Shown one piece after another: positions 12,140 to 24,719 of a DNA stretch of 64,000 nucleotides. Within the stretch, counting starts at the first letter, position 1. The number at the start of each line of letters is the position of its first letter. Location of the stretch: NCBI GenBank assembly GCA_035221665.1, contig CM069133.1:35588001-35652000 (forward strand), read 5' to 3'. This DNA is from Okamejei kenojei (Eukaryota). Below the pieces are notes generated by a model that was not told the DNA's origin, did no database searches, and saw only the letters and a list, made by a program, of their open reading frames with translations. The position numbers and the translations under genes are program-made.

Positions 12140-12510
12140 CCTTTTTTCGGATTCAATATTTTTCATCGTCACTGGAAGCCTGGTCATTTTGATGGACTGA
12201 GTTACATGCACAACACAGTAACTTCTTGTCGTCTTGGACAGAGCAATGTCCAACCCAGGCCGTGATGAATCCCGGTAGGGGATGTGCCGACGTTACTTCG
12301 CCTTTTGAGGAAGGAGGGGCGTGGGTGTGCTTTCATTCCGGTAGCGTCAATTTCAAAGGTCAGATTACTCACGCCGTAAAACTTGAAGCTCTCGAACATC
12401 CCCCACTTCAGCACCATTGCACACTGAGTAGGGTCCATACTACAACAGTCTTCTTCATGTCGATGACTCGCTCGGGTGTTTTACCGACATTGAAGGAAAG
12501 GCACCTTGTT
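12140..12510 (-). mobile_element. Degraded Rex1/Babar-type LINE RT C-terminal fragment
   Basis: MFESFKFYGV...IDATGMKAHPRPSFLKR resembles the Rex1-type VESFKFLGV...IDATAKKAHQRLYFLRR. Confidence 0.65.
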
Positions 12511-14099
12511 AATCCATCTCAGTGGTTTTCCCCATCATGAGGGCCACCCCCATTACAGTATTGCCGACCAGAACGGCATACAATGAATGCTTCAAATTAT
12601 GTCTCACCAACATCCGACACAGCTGTACCTTTATCCCCCACATCTACAATATATACTCTGACCGATAAAAGCAATCATTTGTAATGTCTAATTCAAGGCC
12701 AGTCTACTGGCGCCGTCACTTTCAGGGAACTCTGCACATGCACCCCGATTGTGTTACAAGGGAACAGGTTCAAGGATCTGACTAGTAGAACAGAAAAAAG
12801 GCACACTCGTCCGTTAAGTTAAAATCAGTTTTATTCGCACGAGAGAGAAAAAAGAACACATATCGCGGTGGGCGCGGGCCCGTCTTCCAGCAGCACGCCA
12901 CCGTCCCCCTCGCTCTTCCTCGCCCTCCCTCTCTCCCTCTTTCCCTTTCTCTCTATTTCTCTCTCTGCCTTGCTCCGTCCGCGGGGCTAATGGCAACCCA
13001 GAACGTCGGTGAACAGCAATGGTCAAGAACTAGGTTATGACTTACTGGCGCATGCCTTTATACATGCAGAAATCAGTCGGTGAAATAACTGCAGGTAATT
13101 CCCAAATTAAAATTACAACCAATGGCAGGGGACTGCGTCAGAGCAACCCCCTCTCCCCAAACACCTCCCCTCCCCCCACGCCCCACCAGCAACCCCCCTC
13201 CCCCACAGCCATCAAGATCGCGGCCGAAATACTGGCTCCTGTTTTGAAGTTCATTTTCCAACTGACGCTTGACTCAGGTGATGTTCCGCTGGATTGGAGG
13301 AAAGCTAACATCACTCCTCTCTTTAAGAAAGGTTCAACCACCAACCCGGCGAATTATCGTCCTGTTTCAATAAAAAGCACTTGCTACAAACTGCTGGAGC
13401 ATGTAATCGATAATAATCTGATGAGACATCTTAGCAAACATAACAGTTTACTTCGGAGTCACGTGAGTGATTCCATGAAGCAGACCCGCGAGGCCACATG
13501 CGCACCAGTACATCAGTCGCACTGGCGCAAGCACCAGACTGGCAGGACAGAGCTCCTGCCAGTGGTAAGTTAAACCTAGAAGGTAAGTTCGTTTTTTACT
13601 TACCAGGGGTTTTCAGGCAGGAGCCTCTTTTCACAGAGGTTTTCCTGCCAGTTTCGCAGCCCGACGAGTATGCCTGTTATGGACTGTGGGGAAACCCAGT
13701 CCAACCACAGATGTGGATAACTGGCAAAAAGATTGGGGTTGTGAGATAAGGAGCCGCTGACAGTGAAGTCAGCGGCTCCCAGCCTGTGGGGATGCCGTTG
13801 GTATGGCAAGTAAGTAACGTCAGAGTCACTGACAGTGGGGTCAGTGGCTCACAGACGTTGGTCCCCAGGCAAGGAATTAAATAGGACTAATTCAGCCCTA
13901 TTTGGACTCAGGTGAGTCGGGCTACAAAGGATTCTCCTTATAATAAAATGTATGTATGTTATAGTGTTTTTCTTAAAATTATTGTTATATGTCTCTGCCA
14001 ATGTAATCCTTGTTGTTTAGGAGAAGTTGCTGTGAATTTAAACCCTTCACATGTAAAACTGTACACTAAAATGTTGATTAGTGAGCTTACAATGTAATA

Positions 14100-14450
14100 G
14101 CGCGGGCCTATGGGACAGGCCATGCCAGCAGCGCCTGACAGAGCTGCTTCTTGTGTAATACTGCAGACCTATAGGACAGGCCGCACCAGCAGCGCCTGGG
14201 ATAGGGCTGCTTCATGTGTAATAGTGCGGGCCTATGGGACAGACCATGCCAGCAGCATGGGCTGCTTCATGTATGGAAGTGCCGGCCTACGGGAGAGCCG
14301 TGCCAGCAGCGCTTGATACAGGGCTGTTTCATTTGTGACATTACAGGCCCACGAGAGAGCCGTGCTAGCAGCACCTGGTACAGGGCTGTTTCATGTCAAA
14401 ATGCGCCGGCCTTTACGAAATGCGGCGCCAGCAATGCCTGGGACAGGGTT
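14100..14450. repeat. ~60-bp degenerate tandem repeat inside the DIRS element
   Basis: About 6 units containing gcctatgggacaggccatgccagcagcgcctg...gctgcttcatgtg. Confidence 0.75.
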
Positions 14451-14958
14451 GCTCAAGTTCACACCTAATCTGCTATACCCACAGAGTCGGGAGATGATTC
14501 TCCACCGGGACTGGATAGCAAGGCCCACAGAGTTGGGGGATGAATTCCTCACCAGGGCTGGATAGTGCGTTTGAAACTACTATCCCAAATATAGCAACTG
14601 TTGCATTCAGTGCTACAGATGTCTCCCTCTTGGAGGCAGAGACCAAGAGTCCTACTGACACTGAGTCTCAGGGTATGGCTGTGGGGAATACCCCAAGGGA
14701 TGAGCGGCATGTGTCAGAGGTACCTTTTGCCTGACGACAAAGTTGCCATCCCAGCAGAATATTCTACTTGGGTTAAGGCCAATGGGTTCATATCAGTATT
14801 GGTACCCTGCGGCCTGCGGCAGCACCTGTTTAGGGTTGCCTACGAATCACCCTCTCTGAGGAGGGAAGAGCAAATCTTCAAGATATAACTGACTCCAGGC
14901 TCTGAAGAAGTCAATAGAACATACTTAAGCACATATGTGCCGGCAATGCAATCCCATA

Positions 14959-16530
14959 TGCATCCCAGAGTACTTAAGGAAGTAGCTCAGGAAATAGTGG
15001 ATGCATTAGTGATAATCTTTCAAAACTCTTTAGATTCTGGAGTAGTTCCTGAGGATTGGCGGGTAGCAAATGTAACCCCTCTTTTTAAGAAGGGAGGGAG
15101 AGAGAAAACGGGGAATTACAGACCAGTTAGTCTAACATCGGTAGTGGGGAAACTGCTAGAGTCAGTTATTAAAGATGGGATAGCAGCACATTTGGAAAGT
15201 GGTGAAATCATTGGACAAAGTCAGCATGGATTTTACAAAAGGTAAAATCATGTCTGACGAATCTTGTGGAATTTTTCGAGGATGTAACTAGTAGCGTGGA
15301 TAAGGGAGAACCAGTGGATGTGGTATATCTGGACTTCCAGAAGGCTTTCGACAAGGTCCCACATAAGAGATTAGTATTACAAACTTAAAGCATACGGTAT
15401 TAGGGGTTCAGTATTGATGTGGATAGAGAACTGGCTGGCAAACAGGAAGCAAAGAGTAGGAGTAAACGGGTCCTTTTCACAATGGCAGGCAGTAACTAGT
15501 GGGGTACCGCAGGGCTCAGTGCTGGGACCCCAGCTATTTACAATATATATTAATGATCTGGATGAGGGAATTGAAGGCAATATCTCCAAGTTTGCGGATG
15601 ACACTAAGCTGGGGGCAGTGTTCGCTGTGAGGAGGATGCTAGGAGACTGCAGGGTGACTTGGATAGGCTGGGTGAGTGGGCAAATGTTTGGCAGATGCAG
15701 TATAATGTGGATAAATGTGAGGTTATCCACTTTGGTGGCAAAAAACAGGAAAGCGGACTATTATTTAAATGGTGGCCGATTGGGAAAAGGGGTGATGCAG
15801 CGAGACCTGGGTGTCATGGTACACCAGTCATTGAAAGTAGGCATGCAGGTGCAGCAGGGCAGTGAAAAAAGCGAATGGTATGTTAGCTTTCTTTGCAAAA
15901 GGATTTGAGTACAGGAGCAGGGAGGTTCTACTTCAGTTGTGTACAGGGTCTTGGTGAGACCACACCTGGAGTATTGCGTGCAGTTTTTGGTCTCCAAATC
16001 TGAGGAAGGACATTATTGCCATAGAGGGAGTGCAGAGAAGGTTCACCAGACTGATTCCTGGGATGTCAGGACTGTCTTATGAAGAAAGACTGGATAGACT
16101 CGGTTTATACTCTCTGGAATTTAGGAGATTAAGAGGGGATCTTTATAGAAACTTACAAAATTCTTAAGGGGTTGGACAGGCTAGATGCAGGAAGATTGTT
16201 CCCGATGTTGGGGAAGTCCAGGACAAGGGGTCACAGCTTAAGGATAAGGGGGAAATCCTTTAAGACCGAGATGAGAAAGACTTTCTTCACACAGAGAGTG
16301 GTGAGTCTCTGGAACTCTCTGCCACAGAGGGTAGTTGAGGCCAGTTCATTGGCTATATTTAAGAGTGAGTTGGATGTGGCCCTTGTGGCTAAGGGGATCA
16401 GAGGGTATGGAGAGAAGGCAGGTACGGGATACTGAGTTGGATGATCAGCCATGATCATATTGAATGGCGGTGCAGGCTCGAAGGGCTGAATGGCCTACTC
16501 CTGCACCTAATTTCTATGTTTCTATGTTTC
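14959..16530 (+). mobile_element. Young 5'-truncated CR1 (HER1-like) LINE nested in the DIRS element
   Basis: RT motifs [24 protein letters not shown] and KFADDTK; intact tail; highly similar to the copies at 49036 and 56020. Confidence 0.92.
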
Positions 16531-19257
16531 AATGAACAGTGCCAACAGGGGAATGTGAGAGCCAGCCGCTGAATCTGTTATTCAGGTAGGCCTATTTAAC
16601 AGGGGAAGAAAGCCTGGCAGACGAATCATATAGGCCAATGGCGGGCAAAAGTCATCGTTTCAGAACGCACCCCACGTGCTCATTGGAAGTAAGCAGTTCA
16701 CTGGAGCTGGGGGCAGCATGACAGCTCTGAAATCCCATGCACCTCACCGATCCTACTCACCAAAATTGGTCTAGCACTTCCAAAATATGGGTAGTGCGCC
16801 GTTCACAAGTTGTAATATTTACATTTGTTTGTACAACACACAAAGGGTAAAAATATTTGGTTGTGGCACAGTCGGACGATTCCAAGCAAGTTTGGATTAT
16901 GGCAAGGGTTATTTAAAAAAAAAGGTTTGGAAATCGGGCAAAAGCTCTCATGCAAACCACCCATGGAACAAGGAAGGAGTGGCATGTTATTATGAAGAAT
17001 GGAGAGTGTCGGGCATATGAACTTTCCGAATACGAAAACTTATTTTTCCAGACTAACAGAAGATTCATAAGGGTCAGAAATCCATGCTTTGCAAATCCCA
17101 CTACAGAGGTTATCAAAGACAATATAACTGCACTATAATAGTAAAGCTTTCGGGTATGGGATAAACTGTTTGTTGCTCATTGGGATTTAACTTTAATTAT
17201 TTTTAGCCTAGACTCCCCCTTGTGGCAAGTGATTGGAGTTATAGAAATCTGTTATAAAACAGTGTTTAATTTTCATCAAAAGTAATTGGTAATATAGCAG
17301 CTGTGCTTTTAGCCGAGCAAATCAAGGAACTGATATCGTGTAAGTAGCAATTAGACCATTGTTAACAACCTTATGCTATTGTCAGCTAAAACTACCTCAG
17401 TCACAATGATGAAGTAACCGTATTCAGCATTGTTGAACATGAAAATAACTCATTGAACTTGAACTTGAAACTTCAGTTATTACAAACTGATGCTAGGACT
17501 CTAAGATGATAAGTTCTGAATACAATCACCTAATTGGAGGTATTGGAGATTGCATGAGTTACCAATTCTTCAATTGTTGGTATTAACTAAATATAAGCAC
17601 TAGATGCACCCCATGGGTAAGGGGCTATTGAGAGAATACACTTATTCTGCATGCTCAAATTCAAGTTGTTGCTCTACGATGGTGACATATATTAGTCACA
17701 TGGCAATCAAGTAAAAGTATCCTGTAATAATTACCTAAATCTCCTTTGCCACTGGTGTATCATCCAGTTCAGATCGATGATAACACAGAATAAGTATTGC
17801 ATTTCAAAGTATGATGAAAGTATGGTTCAATACTACATCGAATATCGACATGTTGGTCCATGTTTATTCACTGATTGCAAAACTATGTGGCACAACAGTG
17901 CGGAGAAATACATTCTCGCTTCAATAGGAGGAATGGTCTTTTATGTCTTCCTCATTTTTGCCTCATTAGCCGGTTCTTAAAACAGTCAGCATGACCTCGC
18001 TTGGGTTCATACTGTCGGACTGGCCAAGCGTCCATGTTGCTTGTTTCATCAGGCATCATGGCACAACGGTATATGGTTATTCCAAAAAACAAGAACTTGC
18101 TGTTTCAAACTGTGGTTCAGGAGACCGGTCTTTGCACAGTAACAATTATTGACTTACACCATTTGAGTTGATTGACTTATGCCTCAGGTTGTCACATCAA
18201 GCCATGAAGGTGCTCACTGCAGTGTGTAGGGATAGCACCCAAAAAGGCAGTACATTCCTATTGAGAGGATCAGAAGTGTTTTTGTTAAATGTTAATGTTA
18301 CATTTAATATGGTGCAGATTACTGACATTTTCCAGTTCATTTTAAATGGTATTTGAAAATAATTCCGTTATAGAATTCACTACAGCTGCAATATAAGGGA
18401 ACTGCGCTGTCAGGTTAAACCCGGATATCAAGTTGTTAAAAGATCTTGACACGTGCTCCCACTACAAAATTGTGCAGTTGGTTATTCAAAATGTGTTACA
18501 ATCACTTCACCAAGGGGTTCCAGCTACATCCTTAGTTATGACACTAATATCAGCACAACGATGGCAAACAATGCAAACGCTGTGGCTAGATAGGATGGAA
18601 TTGGCTGCAGGTGCCATTACATTTTACATTCTGGTCTACACAAGCAGAGTAGACTAGGGGTGGCATGATTTAAGATCATTTTCGGATACCCCACGGTCTC
18701 ACGTCTATGTTATCAAGGCCACCAGAATCCTAAGAAGTATGGAATCAGCATTGTTTATTAGTCAACAAACAACTACACAATGGAAGGTCGGTTCAGACTA
18801 TTTCAAGGTGGCTGCAGCAGGTTCTGGTTTATACAGGTGTTAACACTGACTATTGTATATCTCATTCCACCCGTTCAGCATCAACTTCAGCGTATCATTC
18901 AGATAGTATGTTTACATCTCATTCCACTAGGGCAGCAGCTACATCGGCGGCCAAGGTGAGGGACGTGCCCTTCGACCATATTTAGGTGGCTGCCTGATGG
19001 GCAAATGAGCTGATGTTTCAGAATTTCTATCATCGGCCGATTGCCGATCCAGGGCTGTTTGCCAATGCTATTTTAAGTTATGTTTAAAGTACCCTGGGAT
19101 AGAGCTGTACTGGTGTTTGTTTATATTTTTTTAAATAAACATTATTACTCCATTAAATGCAATGTTACTACTATTGGATTAATTTCTCATTCGCGTCAGT
19201 CAATGCAGTGGGATGCTGAGATTTGTAATCTGCGGCATGAAATCACAAAGCTTTGAA

Positions 19258-19370
19258 CTCTTTACGGAATAAATCACGTGACACCGAAGTAAAATAGTAA
19301 GATTCAACGAGAACATACCAGTTTGAAGTTTGATCTTGGTTATATGAGCAATTACGTTGGTGATTACATG
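19258..19370. other. DIRS internal complementary region (ICR)
   Basis: Reverse complement of the element's left start (acttcggagtcacgtg) joined through aaaat to the reverse complement of its right end (about 75 bp). Confidence 0.9.
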
Positions 19371-19794
19371 CCCGCCACGCCCAACCCTCTCTCATAAAGG
19401 ATCATCTGATAGTTCTCGACTCACGCATCTTACTATGTCACTTCGGTGTTGTTATTTGTGATTTCATACTGCTGCTTTGAAGATTGGTGTGCATGCGGCC
19501 TGGCGGGTCTTCTTCACGTAATCACCAACGTAACTCCTCATAAAATCAAGATCAAACTTCAAACTGGTATGTTCTCGTTTAATTTTACTATTCTTGCTGA
19601 CAACCAACATGCATTTAGGAGACACTAGACAAAGTGGGACCCGTTGGGCCTCAGCTTCACACGGGAGGGCTGGTCCGCCAAAGCAATGGGGGGGGGGAGC
19701 TTTCTGAAGTGCGAGCACGGGCGTTGTGGGCTGATGGGACTGGTTGCAGAGGGCTACTATGGACATTGTGGGCCGAATGGATTCTTGGGCTTGC

Positions 19795-19945
19795 ACCTCA
19801 GTCACTCAGGCCTGGCACCTCAGTCACTCAGAACTAGCAGCACAGTCACTCAGGCCTGGCAATCACTCAGGCCTGGCAGCTGAGTCACTCAGGCCTGGCA
19901 GGCTGGCAGCTCAGTAACTCAGGCCTGGTGGGCTGGCTGCTCAGA
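19795..19945. repeat. ~20-bp tandem repeat (cagtcactcaggcctggca) in the Helitron
   Basis: Directly visible repeated units. Confidence 0.8.
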
Positions 19946-20711
19946 AACTGCCTGACATTCTGCCGGAAACAGGTGACAGACTCTATGAGAGAAAAGGGGG
20001 AGAGGGTGGACAATCAATTTTAGACATTTTCATCTTTTTCACAGATCACAGCAATGAAGGAGGAAAGTATATCCTTGCATGGATCTCTGGAGCACTAGTA
20101 TGGGTGTTGTGCGCTGAAGGGACTGGTTTCCAGAGGGCTAGTACGGACATTGTGGACTGAACGGATTCTTGGACTTGCAGTTCAGTGAGCCATGGCTGGC
20201 AGTTCACTTACAGTTACTTACAACTGGTGGGCTGGCAGTTCACTTCCTCATGCCAGGTGGGCTGGCAGTGCTGTCACTCACGGCTGGTGTGGTGGCAGTT
20301 CACTCAGTCACCCCTCCTCTCTTCACCGCCCACTCTTCCCCTTGCCATTCCACTCCCCTCAACCCCCATGCACCTTTAGTGGCTCTCCAACAGCACAGCC
20401 ATTCCTACCTATTAGGTTCCCATTGTGCAGAAGAACATGCAGGTATGGCAGGTGGAAAGATGATTTATTAAAGTTTAAAATGTGAATGACTTAAAATATA
20501 ACAACAATTTAAATGTTAAAGGTGAGATTTATTACGTTCTTTCTTGTTGTGTCTCTTGTTATGTTCTGCTGCTCACTGCCTCATAATGGCTCTTTGGTGT
20601 TGATAAAAAAAATAATCAAGAGATTGAGCAGTCAAAAAGACAATCAAGAGATTGAGCGGTCACATTTTAACAAAGAGAATCTGAGAATTTCACTCAAAAT
20701 TCATCACTCAG

Positions 20712-21170
20712 TGCAGGCCTGCAAATCCAAACACAGCACTCGAAGCGGAGTGCAGGCCACAAATCCAATCTCATGGCACTCGAAGCCGAATGCAGGCCGC
20801 AAATCCAATCTCACAGCACTCATAGCGGAGCGCAGGCCACAAATCCAACCTCATAGCACTCAAAACAGAGTGCAGGCAGCAAGTTCAACCTCACAGCACT
20901 CCAGGCAGAGTGCAGGCAGCAAGTCCAACCTCACAGCACTCCAGGCAGAGTGCAGTCAGCAGGTCCAACCTCACAGCACTCCAGGCAGGGTGCAGGCAGC
21001 AAGTCCAACCTCACAGCACTCCACGCATTGTGCAGGCTGCAAGTCCAACCTCACAGCGCTCCAGGCAGAGTGCAGGCAGCAAGTCCTGCCTCACAGCACA
21101 CCAGGAGTGGTGCAGGCAGCATGTCCAACCTCACAGCATTCCAAGCAGGGTGCAGGCAGCAAGTCCAAGC
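20712..21170. repeat. 40-bp minisatellite in the Helitron, about 11 units
   Basis: Unit tgcaggcagcaagtccaacctcacagcactccaggcagag; explains the three-frame repetitive ORFs at 20513-21282. Confidence 0.9.
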
Positions 21171-22589
21171 ACAAAACACTAATAAGTCTTTTAATTTTCA
21201 TGGATGGGAAAATTACTCGGGGCCTGATCATCGGAGGGGAACTCTGAGAAAGACGGCCAAAAATTACAGCCGTACGTGGTAGCGTTCTTTCTAAAATCAA
21301 AGCACAGTGCAAACAGGAAGTGGTCAAGATGAGGCTTTTAATTATATAGATGGATCATGCGAATCTCAGTTTATCCTGTTGACAAATTACCTGTCCAAGA
21401 ACCTTGTTAGCATTGTCATCACGGATGTAGTAGGGCTGGACTTTTCTAAAGCATTTGATATCATCCCACACCAGAGACCGCTTTGGAACTTTGACCTCTG
21501 GTATTCTTTCCAACACAAAACAATGTATTTCCAGTTTTCTAACAAAACGTCTTCAGCGCGTGTGTGTAAATAGAAAGAGATCTGAAAGGGTCCAGTGTTG
21601 AGTGGTACTCCTCAGGGCACAGTGCTTGGCCCACATCTGCTTTTGCTTTACATTCATGACATTCATGAAAATGTCACAAGTACGATCAGACAATTCACTT
21701 ATGATTGTTTGCTGTACCGTCCTATTAATTCCAATTAAGATTATAAAGATGCTCTCCAAAAATATCTCTATACTATGGTTGAGTGGTCACTATAGTGGGG
21801 CATGCAGTTCAACACTTACAAATGTGAAACCATGTGTGTCACCCGAAAGAGGAAACTAGGTGAAACATCATACAATATCCTTAGTGCCACCCTTGAAGAA
21901 TCCAAACAGACCAAGCATCTTGACATTAAATTACAGGACAATCTACGTTTAAATGGTCAGACTCATCATGCAACGGTGAAAGCAACAGGTGTGCTCAATT
22001 TTCTGAGATGCAACCTTCATCATTGTGCAACGTCTATCAAAGAGAAGTTATACTTCATCCTCATTAGACCACATTTGGACGACACAGTTGCAGCATGGGA
22101 CCCGTACACAAATAAAAACATTTTTTCCATCGAACGTGTCCAAAGACAGGCAGCCCAACATGTTACTGATACCAATGAGAGGGGAGCGAGTGTTATCAAA
22201 CTTCTGGATTCACTCGGGGTGGAACCCTCTCCAAGACAGACATAAAGCTCGCAGTTTGAGCTGTTTTTACGAAATGTTAAATGGTCAGCTCGATATAGAT
22301 GACCAAACCTACATCAAACCCAAATCTATTAGGAACAGACGAGGGCATTCGACCCAATTTGAGATACCATCTACCAAGCAGATGTGTACAGCACGTCATT
22401 CTTCCCCGCATAATTACACCACGGAATGGTCTTCATCCTACCAATAGTTACCCAACCAGATGCAACTAAACTTAAGGTAGCTCTTTTTTTGAGAACCGTT
22501 TTTTGCTTAAGTGCGCCCTCTGCCACCTCAACTTTAATTTCCATTTGGAATATTTCTGGAGGTCAAGGAAACCAGGGACCAACCAAGAA

Positions 22590-24262
22590 CTAAGTTGGCG
22601 GGACTGTCATATGTTGATAGAATATACCGACTGGGTTTGTATACTCTGGAATTTAGAAGAATCAGAGGGGATCTTATTAAGGATTTGGACACGCTAGAGG
22701 CAGGAAACATGTTCCAGATGTTGCGGGAGTCCAGAACCTGTGGCACAGTTTAAGAATGAGGTGCAAGTCATTTAGAACGGAAATGATGAAAAACATTTTC
22801 ACACAAAGATTTGCGAGTTTGTGGAATTCTCTACCTCAGAGGGCGGTTGTGAGTTATTGGTAATGTACTATATGTAATATATGTAATGTAATATACAATG
22901 TAAATGCCAGTGCCCCTTGAGGCCTAAAGCAGAAGCTGGCAAATGTACCTGTGCCTCGTGACTGAGGTCAAGTGACCTTTTGGAAATTTCAGTCATTACA
23001 GATTAAACATATCTTACTTGATGGCGGACGTGTTGTCTTTGTGCTAGTCACAACAGGGCCTTAAGTTATCTCAAACATTACATGGTGTCAGAAGTGGGAT
23101 CGGGAGACAAAGAGAAGGTCGCCAACCCAGAGGGAGTGATGGCTGCCGCCATGTTCGAGAGCGCGCAGCAGGACCCGATGAACAGTTTAAATATTTTGTT
23201 ATTTTGTTCTTGTCTATTGATATACACTGCCTCTGTATTGTTGTAATAAAGGATCATTTTTTGTAGTGGTGAGGGCATGTTTTCGTACATTTGAGGGCAT
23301 AATATTAATGCAGAATTGTGTTTTCGTATCTCGGAGAAGTTAGTGTTTCGTCTGTTAAAGAGATTGCCGCAGTTTTTTTTCTCTTAGCGAGGCCAAACTT
23401 AGTTTGGTGTCTGTTTTTTTGTCATTCAACAGTTTCAATAAATCCTTTTTTATATACAAAAGACGTTGAAAGAATGAAAGTGGTTTGTATTGACTGTGTA
23501 AGTTTGTTTTGTTTGAAGACCCCTGTATACGTGGATGGACTAGGAGTAAGAACCCCTGTATAGCCGTGGATGGACCACCTCTAGCCAGACGCCCAGATGG
23601 GAGAAACCTGGACAGAGGAGCCAGTCTCCCAGAAGCCAGAAGTAGTCTCCCAGAAGGGTCTTTAAGAGTGTGAGAAACCTAGACAGAGGAGCCAGTCTCC
23701 CAGTGGTGAGAAACCTGGACAGAGGAGCCAGTCTCCCAGAAGCCAGAAAAAGTCACCAGAAGAGACGATGCGCCGAGATGCAGCGAGAGGAAGGAGTCAG
23801 TCTCCCAGTCGCAGCAAAAGGCAACGAGTCAGGTCCTTTCTAGAGTTTGAGGTTGAAGTGTACATTAGGTGGAGATGAGACGCAATTAAAGTGAAGGGGA
23901 GATGTGAGGTCTTGGTAATGTACAATATGTAATATATGTAATGTAATATACAATGTAAATGCCAGTGCCCCTTGAGGCCAAAAGCAGAAGCTGGCAAATG
24001 TAGCTGTGCCTCGTGACTGAGGTCAAGTGACCTTCTGGAAGTTTCAGTCATTGCAGATTAAACATATCTTACTCGATGGCGGACGTGTTGGCTTTGTGCT
24101 AGACGCAACAGGGCCTTACGTGGTCTCACAGCGGTGAAGGTTGGTTCTCTGGATACTTTCAGGAGAGAGTAGACAGAACGCTTAAAGATAGCGGAGTAAA
24201 TGGCTATGGGGATAAGGCAAGAACGTGGTACTGATTGTGGTTGCTCAGCCATGACCACATTG
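22590..24262 (+). mobile_element. CR1 3' fragment interrupted by an LTR element
   Basis: CR1 sequence ...ctcagagggcggt resumes as gcggtgaaggttggttctctgg after 24130. Confidence 0.75.
22848..24130 (+). mobile_element. Miniature non-coding LTR retrotransposon (TRIM-like)
   Basis: 228-bp LTRs at 22848-23075 and 23903-24130 (TGTGAG...CTCACA); 5-bp TSD GCGGT; PBS tggtgtcagaagtgggat (23083-23100) complementary to the tRNA-Leu 3' end; PPT aaagtgaaggggaga; no gag or pol. Confidence 0.93.
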
Positions 24263-24269
24263 AATTCGT

Positions 24270-24690
24270 TGGAATTTAGAAGATTGAGGGGTGATCTCAT
24301 GGAGACTTACAAAATTCTTGAGGGGTTGGACAGTCTAGATGCAGGAAGATTGTTCCCGATGTTGGGGAAGTCCAGGACAAGGGGTCACAGTTTAAGGATA
24401 AGGGGGAAGTCTTTTAGGACCGAGATGAGAAAATCGTTTTTCGCACAGAGAGTGGTGAATCTGTGAAATTCTCTGCCACAGAAGGTAATTGAGGTCTGTT
24501 CGTTGGCCATATTTAAGAGGGAGTTGGATGTGGCCCTTGTGGCTGAAGGGATCAGGGGGTATGGAGAGAAGGCAGGTACAGGGTACTGAGTTGGATGATC
24601 AGCCATGATCATATTGAATGGCGGTGCAGGCTCGTAGGGCCGAATGGCCTGCTCCTGCACCTAATTTCTATGTTCTATGTTCTATGAATA
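24270..24690 (+). mobile_element. CR1 3' fragment
   Basis: LEFRRLRGDLMETYKIL...SRTRGHSLRIRG plus tail. Confidence 0.88.
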
Positions 24691-24719
24691 GCGATGCTGG
24701 CTCGAGGAGCCGAATGGCC

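Larger units (their letters stand above)
13446..19590 (+). mobile_element. Full-length degenerate DIRS1-type tyrosine-recombinase retrotransposon
   Basis: Inverted terminal similarity (13466-13510 vs 19483-19525); internal complementary region at 19258-19370. YR motifs LVMTLISAQRWQT (about 18530) and SHSTRAAATSAA...FQNFY (18918-19030). No TSD; host frame is restored on removal. Confidence 0.9.
19625..21350 (-). mobile_element. Non-autonomous Helitron
   Basis: Minus strand starts TCTATATAATTAAAAG and ends with an imperfect hairpin (ggccc-aac-gggtcc) shortly before CTAG. Inserted at A|T with no TSD; host codons are restored on removal. Confidence 0.9.
13205..22480 (+). mobile_element. CR1-group LINE RT remnant split into three parts (13205-13445, 19591-19624, 21351-22480)
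   Basis: Removing the two insertions restores the frame ...NYRPVS...LMRHLSKHN-ILADNQHAFRRH-GSCESQ...LDFSKAFD, followed by MQFNTYKC...RPHLD...WDPY...IERVQRQAA. Confidence 0.85.

Noticed and set aside
12752-13120. Possible solo LTR
   Set aside because: LTR-like composition, but no convincing terminal CA or TSD.
20513-21282. 244-aa and overlapping repetitive ORFs as a novel protein, or the array as CRISPR-like
   Set aside because: Produced by a spacer-less 40-bp minisatellite inside a Helitron, in eukaryotic DNA.
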